DNA of 64,000 nucleotides from NCBI GenBank assembly GCA_050015075.1, contig JBEKCB010000006.1, forward strand, positions 15,811 through 79,810, in the 5' to 3' direction. The position numbers and the translations under genes were made by a program. This document shows positions 1 to 8,854 of the stretch, in pieces; positions within the stretch are counted from its first letter, which is position 1; each line of letters starts with the position of its first letter. Under the pieces are notes generated by a model. The model saw nothing but the letters and a program-made list of their open reading frames with translations, was not told the DNA's origin and did not search any database. This DNA comes from Candidatus Brocadiia bacterium. GTDB taxonomy: Bacteria > Planctomycetota > Brocadiia > CAIUPP01.

Positions 1-1089
1 GCCGGAGGGCAAGGGAATGGATGACCCTTTCCAGAAGGGTGAACTGAGCCATTCATCCAGGTGAATGTAGTGTCCGGTGTTCACGCAGAAAGTGTAAAGG
101 GAATCATCCCGCGCGCCTTCAGCCGCAGCAAAGACCTCGCCCGCGGGCGTTCCCACGCCCAACGCGGCATACCAGGCCCGCGTCACGGCAAGGTAATTCT
201 CGATCAGCTTGAGCGTAGCGCGCCCTTTCCGCGACGCAAAGCCGTCGGCGTTCCTGACCAGCATTCCCGCGCGGCACGTGAGCGATCCCCACACCCCGAA
301 CGCACTGGTCAGGTACTCGCCCTCTTTGACCACGTCGTTGCCGGGAGAAGCCATGCCGTTGGAAACGACTTTGCCGCAGGAAACCATGGGATGGCAGGAT
401 TCGGGAAGGCCGCCGCCGTCATAGATCCTGGCCAACTCGAAACAGCGCGCTCCGGGCTTCAGCGCGCGCAGAAGGTTCAGCACGGACGTCGAGGTCCGGA
501 TCGCCGCGTATTCAAAAAGCGCGATCTGCTCCGGTTCATTCTGAAGGCGCAGTCCGTCTTTCGGACTCATGAACATATCGTTGGCATTCGCGGGCCGCGC
601 GCCGCAGATGCCCGTGACGAGGTCAACAATGTACGCGGGCGCCTCGATCCGGTTCGCCATCAGGCTCTTCCACCCGGCAACGCCGCAGCGCATCCCGCTG
701 CGGAGTCCGGCTTTGCGCAGGACAGGCGCCAGGTCCCATGACTTGGAACGGTCCTGGCCCATGAGACTGAATTCCTGGCAAAGCGCGATATCGGCGAAGA
801 ACGGCAGCTTGGAGACGATATTGATGCATTCATTGCCGAGGCAGAGCGTGGCTTGCCCGTCGGCGGTGAGGATGAAGAGCGCCTCCTCGAAGCGCGGGTC
901 AAACCCGGTGCAGTAGGCCATGTTGGCGCTGTGCTCGCGGTCCGCGTAGACCAGCAGGCAGTCGTATTGCGCCGCCTGCATTCGCTCCCGGACTTTGGCC
1001 AGCCTGGAGCGGTACACGCCCGCAGGGATTTCCGGAATCGTCTCGGGGCCGCCGAAGTCGGGAATCGTCATCTGGGTCATGGTCATCAT
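1..1089 (-). CDS. M24 / creatinase-N-like (Xaa-Pro aminopeptidase family) protein. N-terminal ~363 aa are present; the C-terminus lies beyond the window start.
   Basis: Manual reverse translation from ATG ~1089 gives an open frame to position 1: MMTMTQMTIPDFGGPETIPEIPAGVYRSRLAKVRERMQAAQYDCLLVYADREHSANMAYCTGF... This is Creatinase_N-like, followed by a pita-bread-like segment. It is absent from the ORF track because it runs off the edge. It sits 34 nt downstream of the DegT gene in the same operon. Confidence 0.45.
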   Translation of the reverse strand, partial: MMTMTQMTIPDFGGPETIPEIPAGVYRSRLAKVRERMQAAQYDCLLVYADREHSANMAYCTGFDPRFEEALFILTADGQATLCLGNECINIVSKLPFFADIALCQEFSLMGQDRSKSWDLAPVLRKAGLRSGMRCGVAGWKSLMANRIEAPAYIVDLVTGICGARPANANDMFMSPKDGLRLQNEPEQIALFEYAAIRTSTSVLNLLRALKPGARCFELARIYDGGGLPESCHPMVSCGKVVSNGMASPGNDVVKEGEYLTSAFGVWGSLTCRAGMLVRNADGFASRKGRATLKLIENYLAVTRAWYAALGVGTPAGEVFAAAEGARDDSLYTFCVNTGHYIHLDEWLSSPFWKGSSIPLPSG

Positions 1090-1122
1090 CGAATGGGTCT
1101 CCCTAATTCCTTGTTCGTCCGA

Positions 1123-2478
1123 TTAGTGATGGCGGGCGAAGTGCCAGTCGCCGAGCGTGGGCGAGTCGCCCGGGTCGCCCTTCAGGAGTTCATTGTAGTT
1201 CTCCGCCGCTTTGCGGAAGGCCATGGCGTGCTCTTCGATGAGCTTGGGATAGAACTTCTTGAACGACGGAATGTAGTAGTTGCGGGCGTTCGCCGCCTCG
1301 CTCACCGGCAGGCTGCCCTTGCGCTGGCGCAGGTCGCGGTCGGAGAAAGCGATGCGCGTCGGCTTGCCGTCGCCGTAGACGTCGGCGGTGTTGAAAACGG
1401 GGTGCAGGTGCAGCGGCCGGTTCGAGCCGCCGGCGCAGACGCTGCCTTCGGCCCGGACGGCCTCGGCAAAGCGCGTGACCGACAGGCCGCCGAGTTCCTC
1501 GGGCACGTAGAGGCCGTGCGCGCAGTACCAGCCGCCCATGTTCGTCTTCGGGTCCTTCGGGTCGGTCCGATGCGCCCGCAGGCCGGGCACGCCCTCGAGC
1601 AGGTCCCAGAAATAGTTCAAGGCCTTTTGGATGTCGGCGCACCGCGCGTCGTAGTGCTTGAGCTGCACCCGCCCCACCGCCGAACTCAACTGGTGCATCC
1701 GGTATTTGTGGCCGCCCAGTGGAAGACCCACGAGTCCCTTGAGCGACGCGGTCGCGATATCGTCGGGCCTCTGGAAGCGCTCGTAATGCCCCCACGCGAT
1801 CGCGCGTTCGTAAATCCGCCGGTTGTCGGTCACCAGGATCCCGCCTTCGCCGATCGCGAAGGCCTTCTCGCTCATGAGCGACATTCCCGCCACGTCGCCG
1901 ATCGTGCCGAGTTTCTTCCCCTTGTATAGCCCGCCCTGGGCATGCGACACGTCCTCGATGACGAAGAGCTTGTGCTTGCGGGCGATTTTCATGATCGGGT
2001 CCATGTCCGTCGGATACCCGAGGTAGTGCACGACGAGGATGGCCTTCGTGCGCTTGCTGATCCGGCGTTCGATGTCGTCGGGGGCCAGGCAGAGAGTGGC
2101 GGGATCAATCTCGCCGAAGACCACCGTCGCGCCCACGTTGTAACACGGCATGGCCGACGCCCAGTAGGTGACGCTCTGGCAGATGACTTCATCGCCGCGG
2201 CCGATCCCGCAACCGAACATCGCCCCTTCGAGCGCGGCGGTGCCGGTGCTGTGCGCCAGCGCGTACCGGGTTCCCTGCCACTGGGCGAACTCGGTCTCGA
2301 AGGCCTTCGTCACGCCGAGCTGCGACATGGCGCCGCGGTTGAGGACTTCGAGGACGGCGCGGCGGTCCTCATTGGTGATGATCGGCCACCTGAAGAGGTC
2401 GCGCGGCTTGGACCGCACCGCTTTAGGCCCGCCGAAAAGCGCAAGCTGCGACTTTGCGGATTTTGATTTGCTGCTCAC
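1123..2478 (-). CDS. DegT/DnrJ/EryC1/StrS-family PLP-dependent sugar aminotransferase
   Basis: 451-aa ORF with typical family layout (…HSTGTAALEGAMFGCGIGRGDEV…VVHYLGYP…). Compact operon position. Confidence 0.75.
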   Translation of the reverse strand: MSSKSKSAKSQLALFGGPKAVRSKPRDLFRWPIITNEDRRAVLEVLNRGAMSQLGVTKAFETEFAQWQGTRYALAHSTGTAALEGAMFGCGIGRGDEVICQSVTYWASAMPCYNVGATVVFGEIDPATLCLAPDDIERRISKRTKAILVVHYLGYPTDMDPIMKIARKHKLFVIEDVSHAQGGLYKGKKLGTIGDVAGMSLMSEKAFAIGEGGILVTDNRRIYERAIAWGHYERFQRPDDIATASLKGLVGLPLGGHKYRMHQLSSAVGRVQLKHYDARCADIQKALNYFWDLLEGVPGLRAHRTDPKDPKTNMGGWYCAHGLYVPEELGGLSVTRFAEAVRAEGSVCAGGSNRPLHLHPVFNTADVYGDGKPTRIAFSDRDLRQRKGSLPVSEAANARNYYIPSFKKFYPKLIEEHAMAFRKAAENYNELLKGDPGDSPTLGDWHFARHH

Positions 2479-2510
2479 GAGTTTCTCCTGAACTGAGACT
2501 TTCCGGATGA

Positions 2511-4481
2511 CTACCGCTTGGCGATGCCCGAGACCTTGAACCTGACGACGCGCAACCCGCAGACCTTTCCGAAGTGCGCCACGTCGCTCTGAAGCCGTTG
2601 CATCGCCTGCCGGTTAAAAGGGGAACCATTCATATGGAGCGGGCGCGTGAGCGTCACCTCGGCCTGGGTCAGCGCCACCGCGAGCGCGATATCGCCCCAT
2701 TCGAGGAACCCGGGCACGTGCACGCCCAGCGAGAAGGGATTCTTTCCAACGGTGTACAGGTAGCTGCCCGGCATTCCGGTCAGGTTCAATCGCGCGAACC
2801 CTCCGTTCACCGCCGCGCAGAAAAGCGCCGCCAATGCGCCTTCGCCCGTGCCGGCCAGGCTCAGCGGGCCTTTGCTCCTCTTCCGCAGGAATGACGCCAT
2901 CAGTTCGATCCCGCGGGCGCGTTCGCCCATGAATGTCCTGCCCATCCACAGGTACGCCCGGGTCGTGTCGTGGTGAATCGCCGTATTGTGCTCCAGGTCG
3001 CCGAAGCTTCCTTCCGTGAAGAGCAGCACTCCCTGGCCGCGCGCCAGCGCCTGGTCCACCAGCGCCGGGTCCGGCGAGCCGGTTTTTCCTTCCACCTTGG
3101 GGATGATGGTGTAACCCGCCTTCGCATCCTTCGGGACGATGAGCAGAAGCGCGAAATGTTCCCCGCTCACGGTGGAGACCACCATCCGTTGCCAGGTGCG
3201 CCCCTCGATGCTCTCCGGCCCCAGGTCGCGCACGTCCCTGAGAATCAGCGCGTCGCCCATGTGCAGGATCCGGCGCAGCTCTTTGCGCTTGGCCGCCGGG
3301 CTCATGGACTTCTTCGCGCGCGCCTCGGCAATCAACTCCTCTCCGCGTTTGCGGCAGAAGACGGCAATGCTCGGAACGATCGGCGGACGCTTTCCTTTCC
3401 GGAAGCACATGAGCTGCTCCTGCGGCAGCGCACGGAAAAATTTCTCCGGTCGCGGCGAGCCGTCGCCGACGCCCTTGAGCCAGCGGTCGAACCAGCCGTA
3501 CATCGCCTCGCGGACCTCGGTCCAGTAACCGTGCGGGAGATTGAAGACCTGGTAGGTCAGTCGCTCATCCGCTCCCAGCGCCTGGTACACCGGCCGCGCC
3601 CCCACGAACGAGCGGAGCATCTCCGCCGGATAGAATGACGAGTTGGTATCCTTGAGCGCGTTGCAGATCTTCAGCGCCCGCGGCGCGATCAGCGCCAGGA
3701 TGCCGGCCATTTCGGTGAGCAATACCGCGCCCGGCAGCGTCTCGCAGATGCAGTTGGAGCCGGCGACGTAAGCCTCGAACGTTCCCACGCTCACCACCGG
3801 CACCGCCGCCGCGAGCCGCTCGTCCATCGCCGCGACCCACATCGTCTGGTTGCCCCCGCCGCTCGCGCCGGTGACGCCGATCCGGTCCGCGCGGACGCAC
3901 GGAAGCGATCGCAGGAGGCTGACCCCGCGCATGTTGTCCACGATCTGCATCCCCATCAACGTCTCGCCGATGTCGTAAACCGAAGTGCCCAGGTGAGCGC
4001 CGTGGTACTCGTAATGGCCGTGCGTCGTAGCGCGCTCGCCGGCGCCGAAGGCATCCACGCTCAGACAGACATACTCCTCGCGAGCAAGGTGGTGTGCGCG
4101 TCCCTGCACACGGTCCGCCAGGTGGCCTTCGCCGAAATGCCCGTGCACGCTGAGCACCGCCGGGAACGGCCCGGCGCCGTCGGGGACGTAGAGACAACTG
4201 GTGACGTAGAACCCCGGGCGACTCTGATAGATGACCTTGTCAATTCGATAGCCGTCCATCCGGATCGTCCCGAGTATCCTCATATCCAGGTCCAGCGTGT
4301 CATCCGGCGCAGTCCCGAGGAGTTCCCAGAGTCGCGCGCGCAGCGTCCGGCGCCAGGGCTCCCATTCGGCGCGGCTCGCCGGAAGGCGGCGCTCGCAGAA
4401 CATCCGCGTCGCCTCCAGGCTCATTTGAGTATGGGCGTGCGAGATAAAACCCTTGTCCCAGTCGGCAAGCGATCTTTCCAT
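2511..4481 (-). CDS. alpha/beta hydrolase, acetyl-xylan-esterase / dienelactone-hydrolase-like
   Basis: 656-aa ORF. Nucleophile elbow GVTGASGGGN (GxSxG) sits in the C-terminal half, with a long N-terminal domain typical of AXE1-like esterases in PVC bacteria. Confidence 0.5.
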   Translation of the reverse strand: MERSLADWDKGFISHAHTQMSLEATRMFCERRLPASRAEWEPWRRTLRARLWELLGTAPDDTLDLDMRILGTIRMDGYRIDKVIYQSRPGFYVTSCLYVPDGAGPFPAVLSVHGHFGEGHLADRVQGRAHHLAREEYVCLSVDAFGAGERATTHGHYEYHGAHLGTSVYDIGETLMGMQIVDNMRGVSLLRSLPCVRADRIGVTGASGGGNQTMWVAAMDERLAAAVPVVSVGTFEAYVAGSNCICETLPGAVLLTEMAGILALIAPRALKICNALKDTNSSFYPAEMLRSFVGARPVYQALGADERLTYQVFNLPHGYWTEVREAMYGWFDRWLKGVGDGSPRPEKFFRALPQEQLMCFRKGKRPPIVPSIAVFCRKRGEELIAEARAKKSMSPAAKRKELRRILHMGDALILRDVRDLGPESIEGRTWQRMVVSTVSGEHFALLLIVPKDAKAGYTIIPKVEGKTGSPDPALVDQALARGQGVLLFTEGSFGDLEHNTAIHHDTTRAYLWMGRTFMGERARGIELMASFLRKRSKGPLSLAGTGEGALAALFCAAVNGGFARLNLTGMPGSYLYTVGKNPFSLGVHVPGFLEWGDIALAVALTQAEVTLTRPLHMNGSPFNRQAMQRLQSDVAHFGKVCGLRVVRFKVSGIAKR

Positions 4482-4578
4482 GGACGGTATTCCTTGTGAT
4501 ATGCGTATTCGCGGGCGCGCCGCCGTGTCGGAGAGATCGTACTGACGCGACCTCTAAAAAGCAAGGTCAAGCGTTCAT

Positions 4579-6147
4579 TCAGACGCCCTGGGCGGCGGCG
4601 CCGTCCGAGCGCGCCGACTCGACCAGGCGCTGTTTCCGATTCCAGAGGCGCTCGCTGAGCGAGACGTGATAGACGTGCGGATTCACGAACCGCTTCACGC
4701 CCGGGTCGAGCCGGTCCACGTCCGCCTTTCGCCGCGCGCGCATCTCCTCGATCGTCGGCGAATCACCGACGCGCCGGCCTTCCTCCAGGACCTTCACCAG
4801 CAGCGGTTCGACCGTCTGGATTTCCTCGCGGGCCAGGACCCTGCGCTTGGAAGGTTCCGTCGGATGCTGCAGGATGACCTGCGCCATCTGTCGGGGATCC
4901 TCGTCGGGCAGGCCGAGCAAGTCGGCCGTAGCCAGCCCGCGGCGGTCATAGAGCCGCCAGACGCCCTTTTCGCCGGGGTTGAGAGTCTTCTCAGGCACCT
5001 CGGAGAGTTTGATCGCGGGCGCCCACTGCTTCCCGTCGTGCACCGCGGCGAGCTTGTAAACGCCGTCGAGCGCGGGCGCGCCTTCGGAGCTGATGAGCCG
5101 CGTGCCGACGCCGAACATCAGGCGGCGGATCAGCCGGCCCGGATCCATGCCCCAGCGAGGCGCTTCCTCCTCGATCTGCGTGAGGATCTGCCAGATGACA
5201 AGCTCGTCGAGCTGGTTCGAGAGAAGGATGCACGGATCGGGAAAGCCCGCGGCGTCGAGCATCTTAGCCGCCTGGATGCTCAGGTACGCCAGGTCGCCCG
5301 AGTCGAGGCGGATGCCCGCCGGCCGGTGTCCCTGCCGGCGCAGTTCCTCGAAGACCCGGATGGCGTTCGGTATGCCGCTGCCGAGCGTGTCCACCGTGTC
5401 CACGAGCAGCAGGCAGTCATCGGGATAGACTTCGGCGTAGGCGCGGAATGCGCCGAGTTCGCCCTCGCCGAGGGCCATGAAAGCCTGCACCATGCTGTGC
5501 GCGTGCGTGCCCTTGGCCGGGAAGCCGAGCGCGCGAGAGATGCCGACGTTCGAGCTGAAGTCCGCTCCGCCGATCAGCGCCGCCCGTGTGCCGGCGTTGG
5601 CGCCCCGCTCCTGCGCGCGGCGCATGCCGAACTCCACCAGCGGCTGCTCATGCGCGCTCTGCCGGATGCGCGCCGCCTTGGTCGCCACCAGCGTCTGGTA
5701 GTTGAGCTGGTTGAGCAGCGCGGTCTCGAGGATCTGCGCCATGGCCAGCGGGCCCTCGACCACGGTGATCGGTTCCTGCGGGTGAACCACGCGGCCCTCG
5801 GGGACCGCGGCCATGCTGATCCCATCGAAGCCGCCGTTCGAGGCCAGCCAGCCCAGGAAGTCGTCGCCGAAGAGCCGCCGGCCCGTCTGGCCCGCCTGGC
5901 CGCGGAGGTACTCGATATCCTCATTCCGGAACCGGGTCTCGCGCATCCAGTCCAGGAGCCATCCCAGGCCGGCATTGACGCAGTACCCCGCGCGATGCGA
6001 ACCGTAGTCGGGGTAGTGCCGGAAGAAGTGCTCGAACCTGGCGCGCTTCTCGTGCAGGCCCTTCCGGAAGTAGAGCTGCGCCATGGTCAGCTCGTACATG
6101 TCCGTGAAGAGGATGCCTTCGGCCATGCGCCGGTCAGCCGAGTTCAT
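4579..6147 (-). CDS. pncB: nicotinate phosphoribosyltransferase (NAPRTase family)
   Basis: N-terminus …[16 protein letters not shown]… is the NAPRTase signature. The start overlaps the stop of the upstream ORF by 4 nt. Confidence 0.8.
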   Translation of the reverse strand: MNSADRRMAEGILFTDMYELTMAQLYFRKGLHEKRARFEHFFRHYPDYGSHRAGYCVNAGLGWLLDWMRETRFRNEDIEYLRGQAGQTGRRLFGDDFLGWLASNGGFDGISMAAVPEGRVVHPQEPITVVEGPLAMAQILETALLNQLNYQTLVATKAARIRQSAHEQPLVEFGMRRAQERGANAGTRAALIGGADFSSNVGISRALGFPAKGTHAHSMVQAFMALGEGELGAFRAYAEVYPDDCLLLVDTVDTLGSGIPNAIRVFEELRRQGHRPAGIRLDSGDLAYLSIQAAKMLDAAGFPDPCILLSNQLDELVIWQILTQIEEEAPRWGMDPGRLIRRLMFGVGTRLISSEGAPALDGVYKLAAVHDGKQWAPAIKLSEVPEKTLNPGEKGVWRLYDRRGLATADLLGLPDEDPRQMAQVILQHPTEPSKRRVLAREEIQTVEPLLVKVLEEGRRVGDSPTIEEMRARRKADVDRLDPGVKRFVNPHVYHVSLSERLWNRKQRLVESARSDGAAAQGV

Positions 6148-8411
6148 GGCGCGGAGCCCTTCCGGCCAAGAACCTCTCCGGTCTGCACGAACACGGCGCC
6201 GGCCCGCGCCATCTCCTCTCGGGCGGCGGCGATGTCGCCGGGCTTGACTTCGATGCCGCGGATAGCGTCCTCGATTACAAAAACGTCGAAGCCCAGCTTT
6301 CGCGCGTCCAGCACAGTGGCTTTCACGCAGTACTCCGTCGCGAGGCCGCCGATCCAGAGCCGCCGGATTCCCCGGGCCTTCAGCGCCGCCGGCAACTCCG
6401 GCGCGTCAAAAGCCGAGTAGGCCTCTTTGGCCGGATCGGTCGCCTTGGAGACCACCAGGTCAATCGCCCGAGTATTAAGATCGGGATGAAAGTCGGCGCC
6501 CGGCGTGTTCTGCACACAGTGGTCCGGCCACGGCCCGCCGGCGCGTTTGAATGAGCAGTGATCGGCCGGATGCCAGTCGCGCGTGGCCACGCGGAACAGC
6601 TTCTTCACGCGCAGCCACTGGTTCAGCGGCGGCACAACCTCGTCGCCGCGCGGCACCGGCAGCGCTCCGCCGGGGCAGAAATCCCGCTGCACGTCCTCGA
6701 GGACCAGAGCATCGGTCGCCGTGTTGATCCGCGCAGTTCCGGCGGTCTGCCGAATATGTTCCGGCCGGCCGGTCGCGCCGGCGGCGGGGTTTTCCGACGC
6801 GCCCTGATGGTCCGGCACGCCGGACGCATGCAACCGTATGGCGGCGATCAAGTCCTCGGACGGTCCTCCTTTAGTCAGGTAGGCAACCGCGCCGGCGTCG
6901 CGCAGCGCCGTCGCCACGTCGTTGTCCGTGTGCATGGACAGCCCGATCACCTTGATGTTCGGGCTCGCGGCCAGAATTCGCTTCGTGGCTTCCACGCCGT
7001 TCATCCCAGCGCCGAGGTTGATGTCCATGATGATGACGTCGGGCTGAAGTTTCGCGGCCAGTTCGACGGCGACGGGGCCGTCGGCGGCCTGGCCAACGAC
7101 CTCGATATCCGGCTCAAACTGGATGATGCCCGCGAGTCCTTCGCGCATGATCTTGTGATCGTCAACAATGAGGACGTGGCGAACGGCTGTCTTATCGCGC
7201 ACGATGATCTTGCCGGCTTGCTCTTCCGTTCCAGCCGTCTCATCCCCAATCCGGGCGTGCGGTTGCGCGGCACCGACGGGGATCGTCAAGGTGATCGTGG
7301 TTCCTTTGCCCGGCGCGGTCGCGATGTACATCTCGCCGCCGATGTGGGCCAGCCTCTGCTCGATGCTGAACAGGCCGAAGCTGATCTCGTCGGCGCGGCG
7401 TTTCTTGAGCAGGTCGGGATCGAACCCCTTGCCCTGATCGCGGACGATCAGTTTGATGCGGTCGTCTTTCGTCCGCAGCAGCATCACCTGCGCTTCCAGG
7501 ACGCCGGAATGTTTGACGGCGTTCAGGAGCAGTTCGCGCACGCACTCGAAGAGGAGAAACCGCGTCGCTTCCGTGGCCGGCTCGGCCTTGTTGTCCGCGT
7601 GCAGATGGACTGCGAACTGATTCGTTTGCTGCGTGCGGGAGGCCAGCCAGTTCAGGGCGCCGATCAACCCCGCCGTGTGGAGCACGGGCGGGCTCAATTC
7701 GACCGCCAGCGAGCGGGACGCCTCCAGGGCTTCCTTGAGAATGCCGTCCAGACCCTTTGCCGCGGCTTGTCTCCGATCCGGATTGTTGTCGCGCTTCAGC
7801 CACTCCACCTGCATTCGTGCCGCGACCAGCAATTGCTGGATGTGGTCGTGCAGAATGGTGGACAAGCGCTTGCGCTCGCGTTGCTCCGCCTGGGTCAGTT
7901 CCGTCGCCAGCGCGCGGAGTTGGTCGGCCTGCTGTCGCACTTCTGCGGTTCGTTCAACCACACGCTGTTCGAGCGATTGATTCAACTCGCGCAACTTCTC
8001 CTCGATCTGTTTGCGTTCGATCGCGTAGCGTATGGCGCTGGCGACGGACCGGGCATCGGCGCTCCCCTTGATGAGGTAATCCTGCGCTCCCTGGCGGATC
8101 GCCTCGGCGCCGGTCGTCTCATCGTCGGCGCCGGTCATGATGACGATGGGCAGTCCGGGGAATTCGGTCTGAACGCGCGTGAAAGTGGCAAGGCCCGTGC
8201 TGTCCGGTAACCCCAGGTCCAGCAATACCACGTCGAACTTCTGTTCGCGCAGTTTCGCCATCGCCGTGTCGAGCCGTTCCGCCACCATCACCTCATAGCG
8301 CGCACCGCGACCCTGGCGCAGGCCGTGCTGGATAAGATGGGCGTCCGAGGGGCTATCTTCGACGAGCAGTACTTTGGCCGTCATAGTGTCCAATTCAGCG
8401 GCATCCTTCAA
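6144..8411 (-). CDS. hybrid two-component protein: REC – HisKA_3/HATPase_c – REC (NarL-type) – C-terminal nicotinamidase (PncA/isochorismatase-like) domain
   Basis: 755-aa continuous ORF. REC1 ([13 protein letters not shown]…[11 protein letters not shown]). H-box LHDHIQQLL. HATPase (LLNAVKHSG…DQGKGFD…GLFSIEQR). REC2 ([14 protein letters not shown]…IIMDINLG). A ~40-aa low-complexity linker follows, then [26 protein letters not shown]…, which is a classic PncA start. No in-frame ATG or Shine-Dalgarno sequence precedes the PncA domain. Confidence 0.6.
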   Translation of the reverse strand: MKDAAELDTMTAKVLLVEDSPSDAHLIQHGLRQGRGARYEVMVAERLDTAMAKLREQKFDVVLLDLGLPDSTGLATFTRVQTEFPGLPIVIMTGADDETTGAEAIRQGAQDYLIKGSADARSVASAIRYAIERKQIEEKLRELNQSLEQRVVERTAEVRQQADQLRALATELTQAEQRERKRLSTILHDHIQQLLVAARMQVEWLKRDNNPDRRQAAAKGLDGILKEALEASRSLAVELSPPVLHTAGLIGALNWLASRTQQTNQFAVHLHADNKAEPATEATRFLLFECVRELLLNAVKHSGVLEAQVMLLRTKDDRIKLIVRDQGKGFDPDLLKKRRADEISFGLFSIEQRLAHIGGEMYIATAPGKGTTITLTIPVGAAQPHARIGDETAGTEEQAGKIIVRDKTAVRHVLIVDDHKIMREGLAGIIQFEPDIEVVGQAADGPVAVELAAKLQPDVIIMDINLGAGMNGVEATKRILAASPNIKVIGLSMHTDNDVATALRDAGAVAYLTKGGPSEDLIAAIRLHASGVPDHQGASENPAAGATGRPEHIRQTAGTARINTATDALVLEDVQRDFCPGGALPVPRGDEVVPPLNQWLRVKKLFRVATRDWHPADHCSFKRAGGPWPDHCVQNTPGADFHPDLNTRAIDLVVSKATDPAKEAYSAFDAPELPAALKARGIRRLWIGGLATEYCVKATVLDARKLGFDVFVIEDAIRGIEVKPGDIAAAREEMARAGAVFVQTGEVLGRKGSAP

Positions 8412-8854
8412 CGTCTGGCGGGCAGCGCCACGACCGTGAGCCAGAAACTCTCGATGGATTTCACGATTTCCAGAAAGCGCTCGAAGTTAACCGGTTTGGT
8501 GACATAGCAGTTGGCGTGAAGCTTGTAGGAACGAATGATGTCCTCTTCAGCCTTGGAGGTCGTCAGGACGACCACCGGAATCATTTTGAGGTCCGGGTCG
8601 TCCTTCAGCTCTGCGAGGACTTCGCGCCCGTCTTTACGCGGGAGGTTCAGGTCGAGCAGGATCAGGTCCGGCTGCTCCGCCTGCGAATAGGCGCCCTGGC
8701 GCCGCAGGAACTCCATGGCCTGGACGCCGTCCTGCACGTGGAAGACCTTGTTGGCCATCTTGGCCGTTTTCAACGCGGTCAGAGTCAGCTCGGCGTCGGT
8801 GGGGCTGTCCTCGACCAGCAGAATCTGAATCGGTCGCACGGTTGTCGGCGTCAT
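8408..8854 (-). CDS. single-domain response regulator (CheY-like receiver)
   Basis: 148 aa: [13 protein letters not shown]…[14 protein letters not shown]…[12 protein letters not shown]. It overlaps both of its neighbours by 4 nt. Confidence 0.8.
   Translation of the reverse strand: MTPTTVRPIQILLVEDSPTDAELTLTALKTAKMANKVFHVQDGVQAMEFLRRQGAYSQAEQPDLILLDLNLPRKDGREVLAELKDDPDLKMIPVVVLTTSKAEEDIIRSYKLHANCYVTKPVNFERFLEIVKSIESFWLTVVALPARR

Noticed and set aside
6147-6690. Standalone pncA gene, initiated internally, instead of a fusion
   Set aside because: The frame is continuous with REC2 through a low-complexity linker, and no ATG or Shine-Dalgarno sequence precedes the domain. An in-frame GTG (…SGVPDH…) ~40 codons upstream cannot be excluded. 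It is therefore kept as a fusion at moderate confidence and flagged as a finding.
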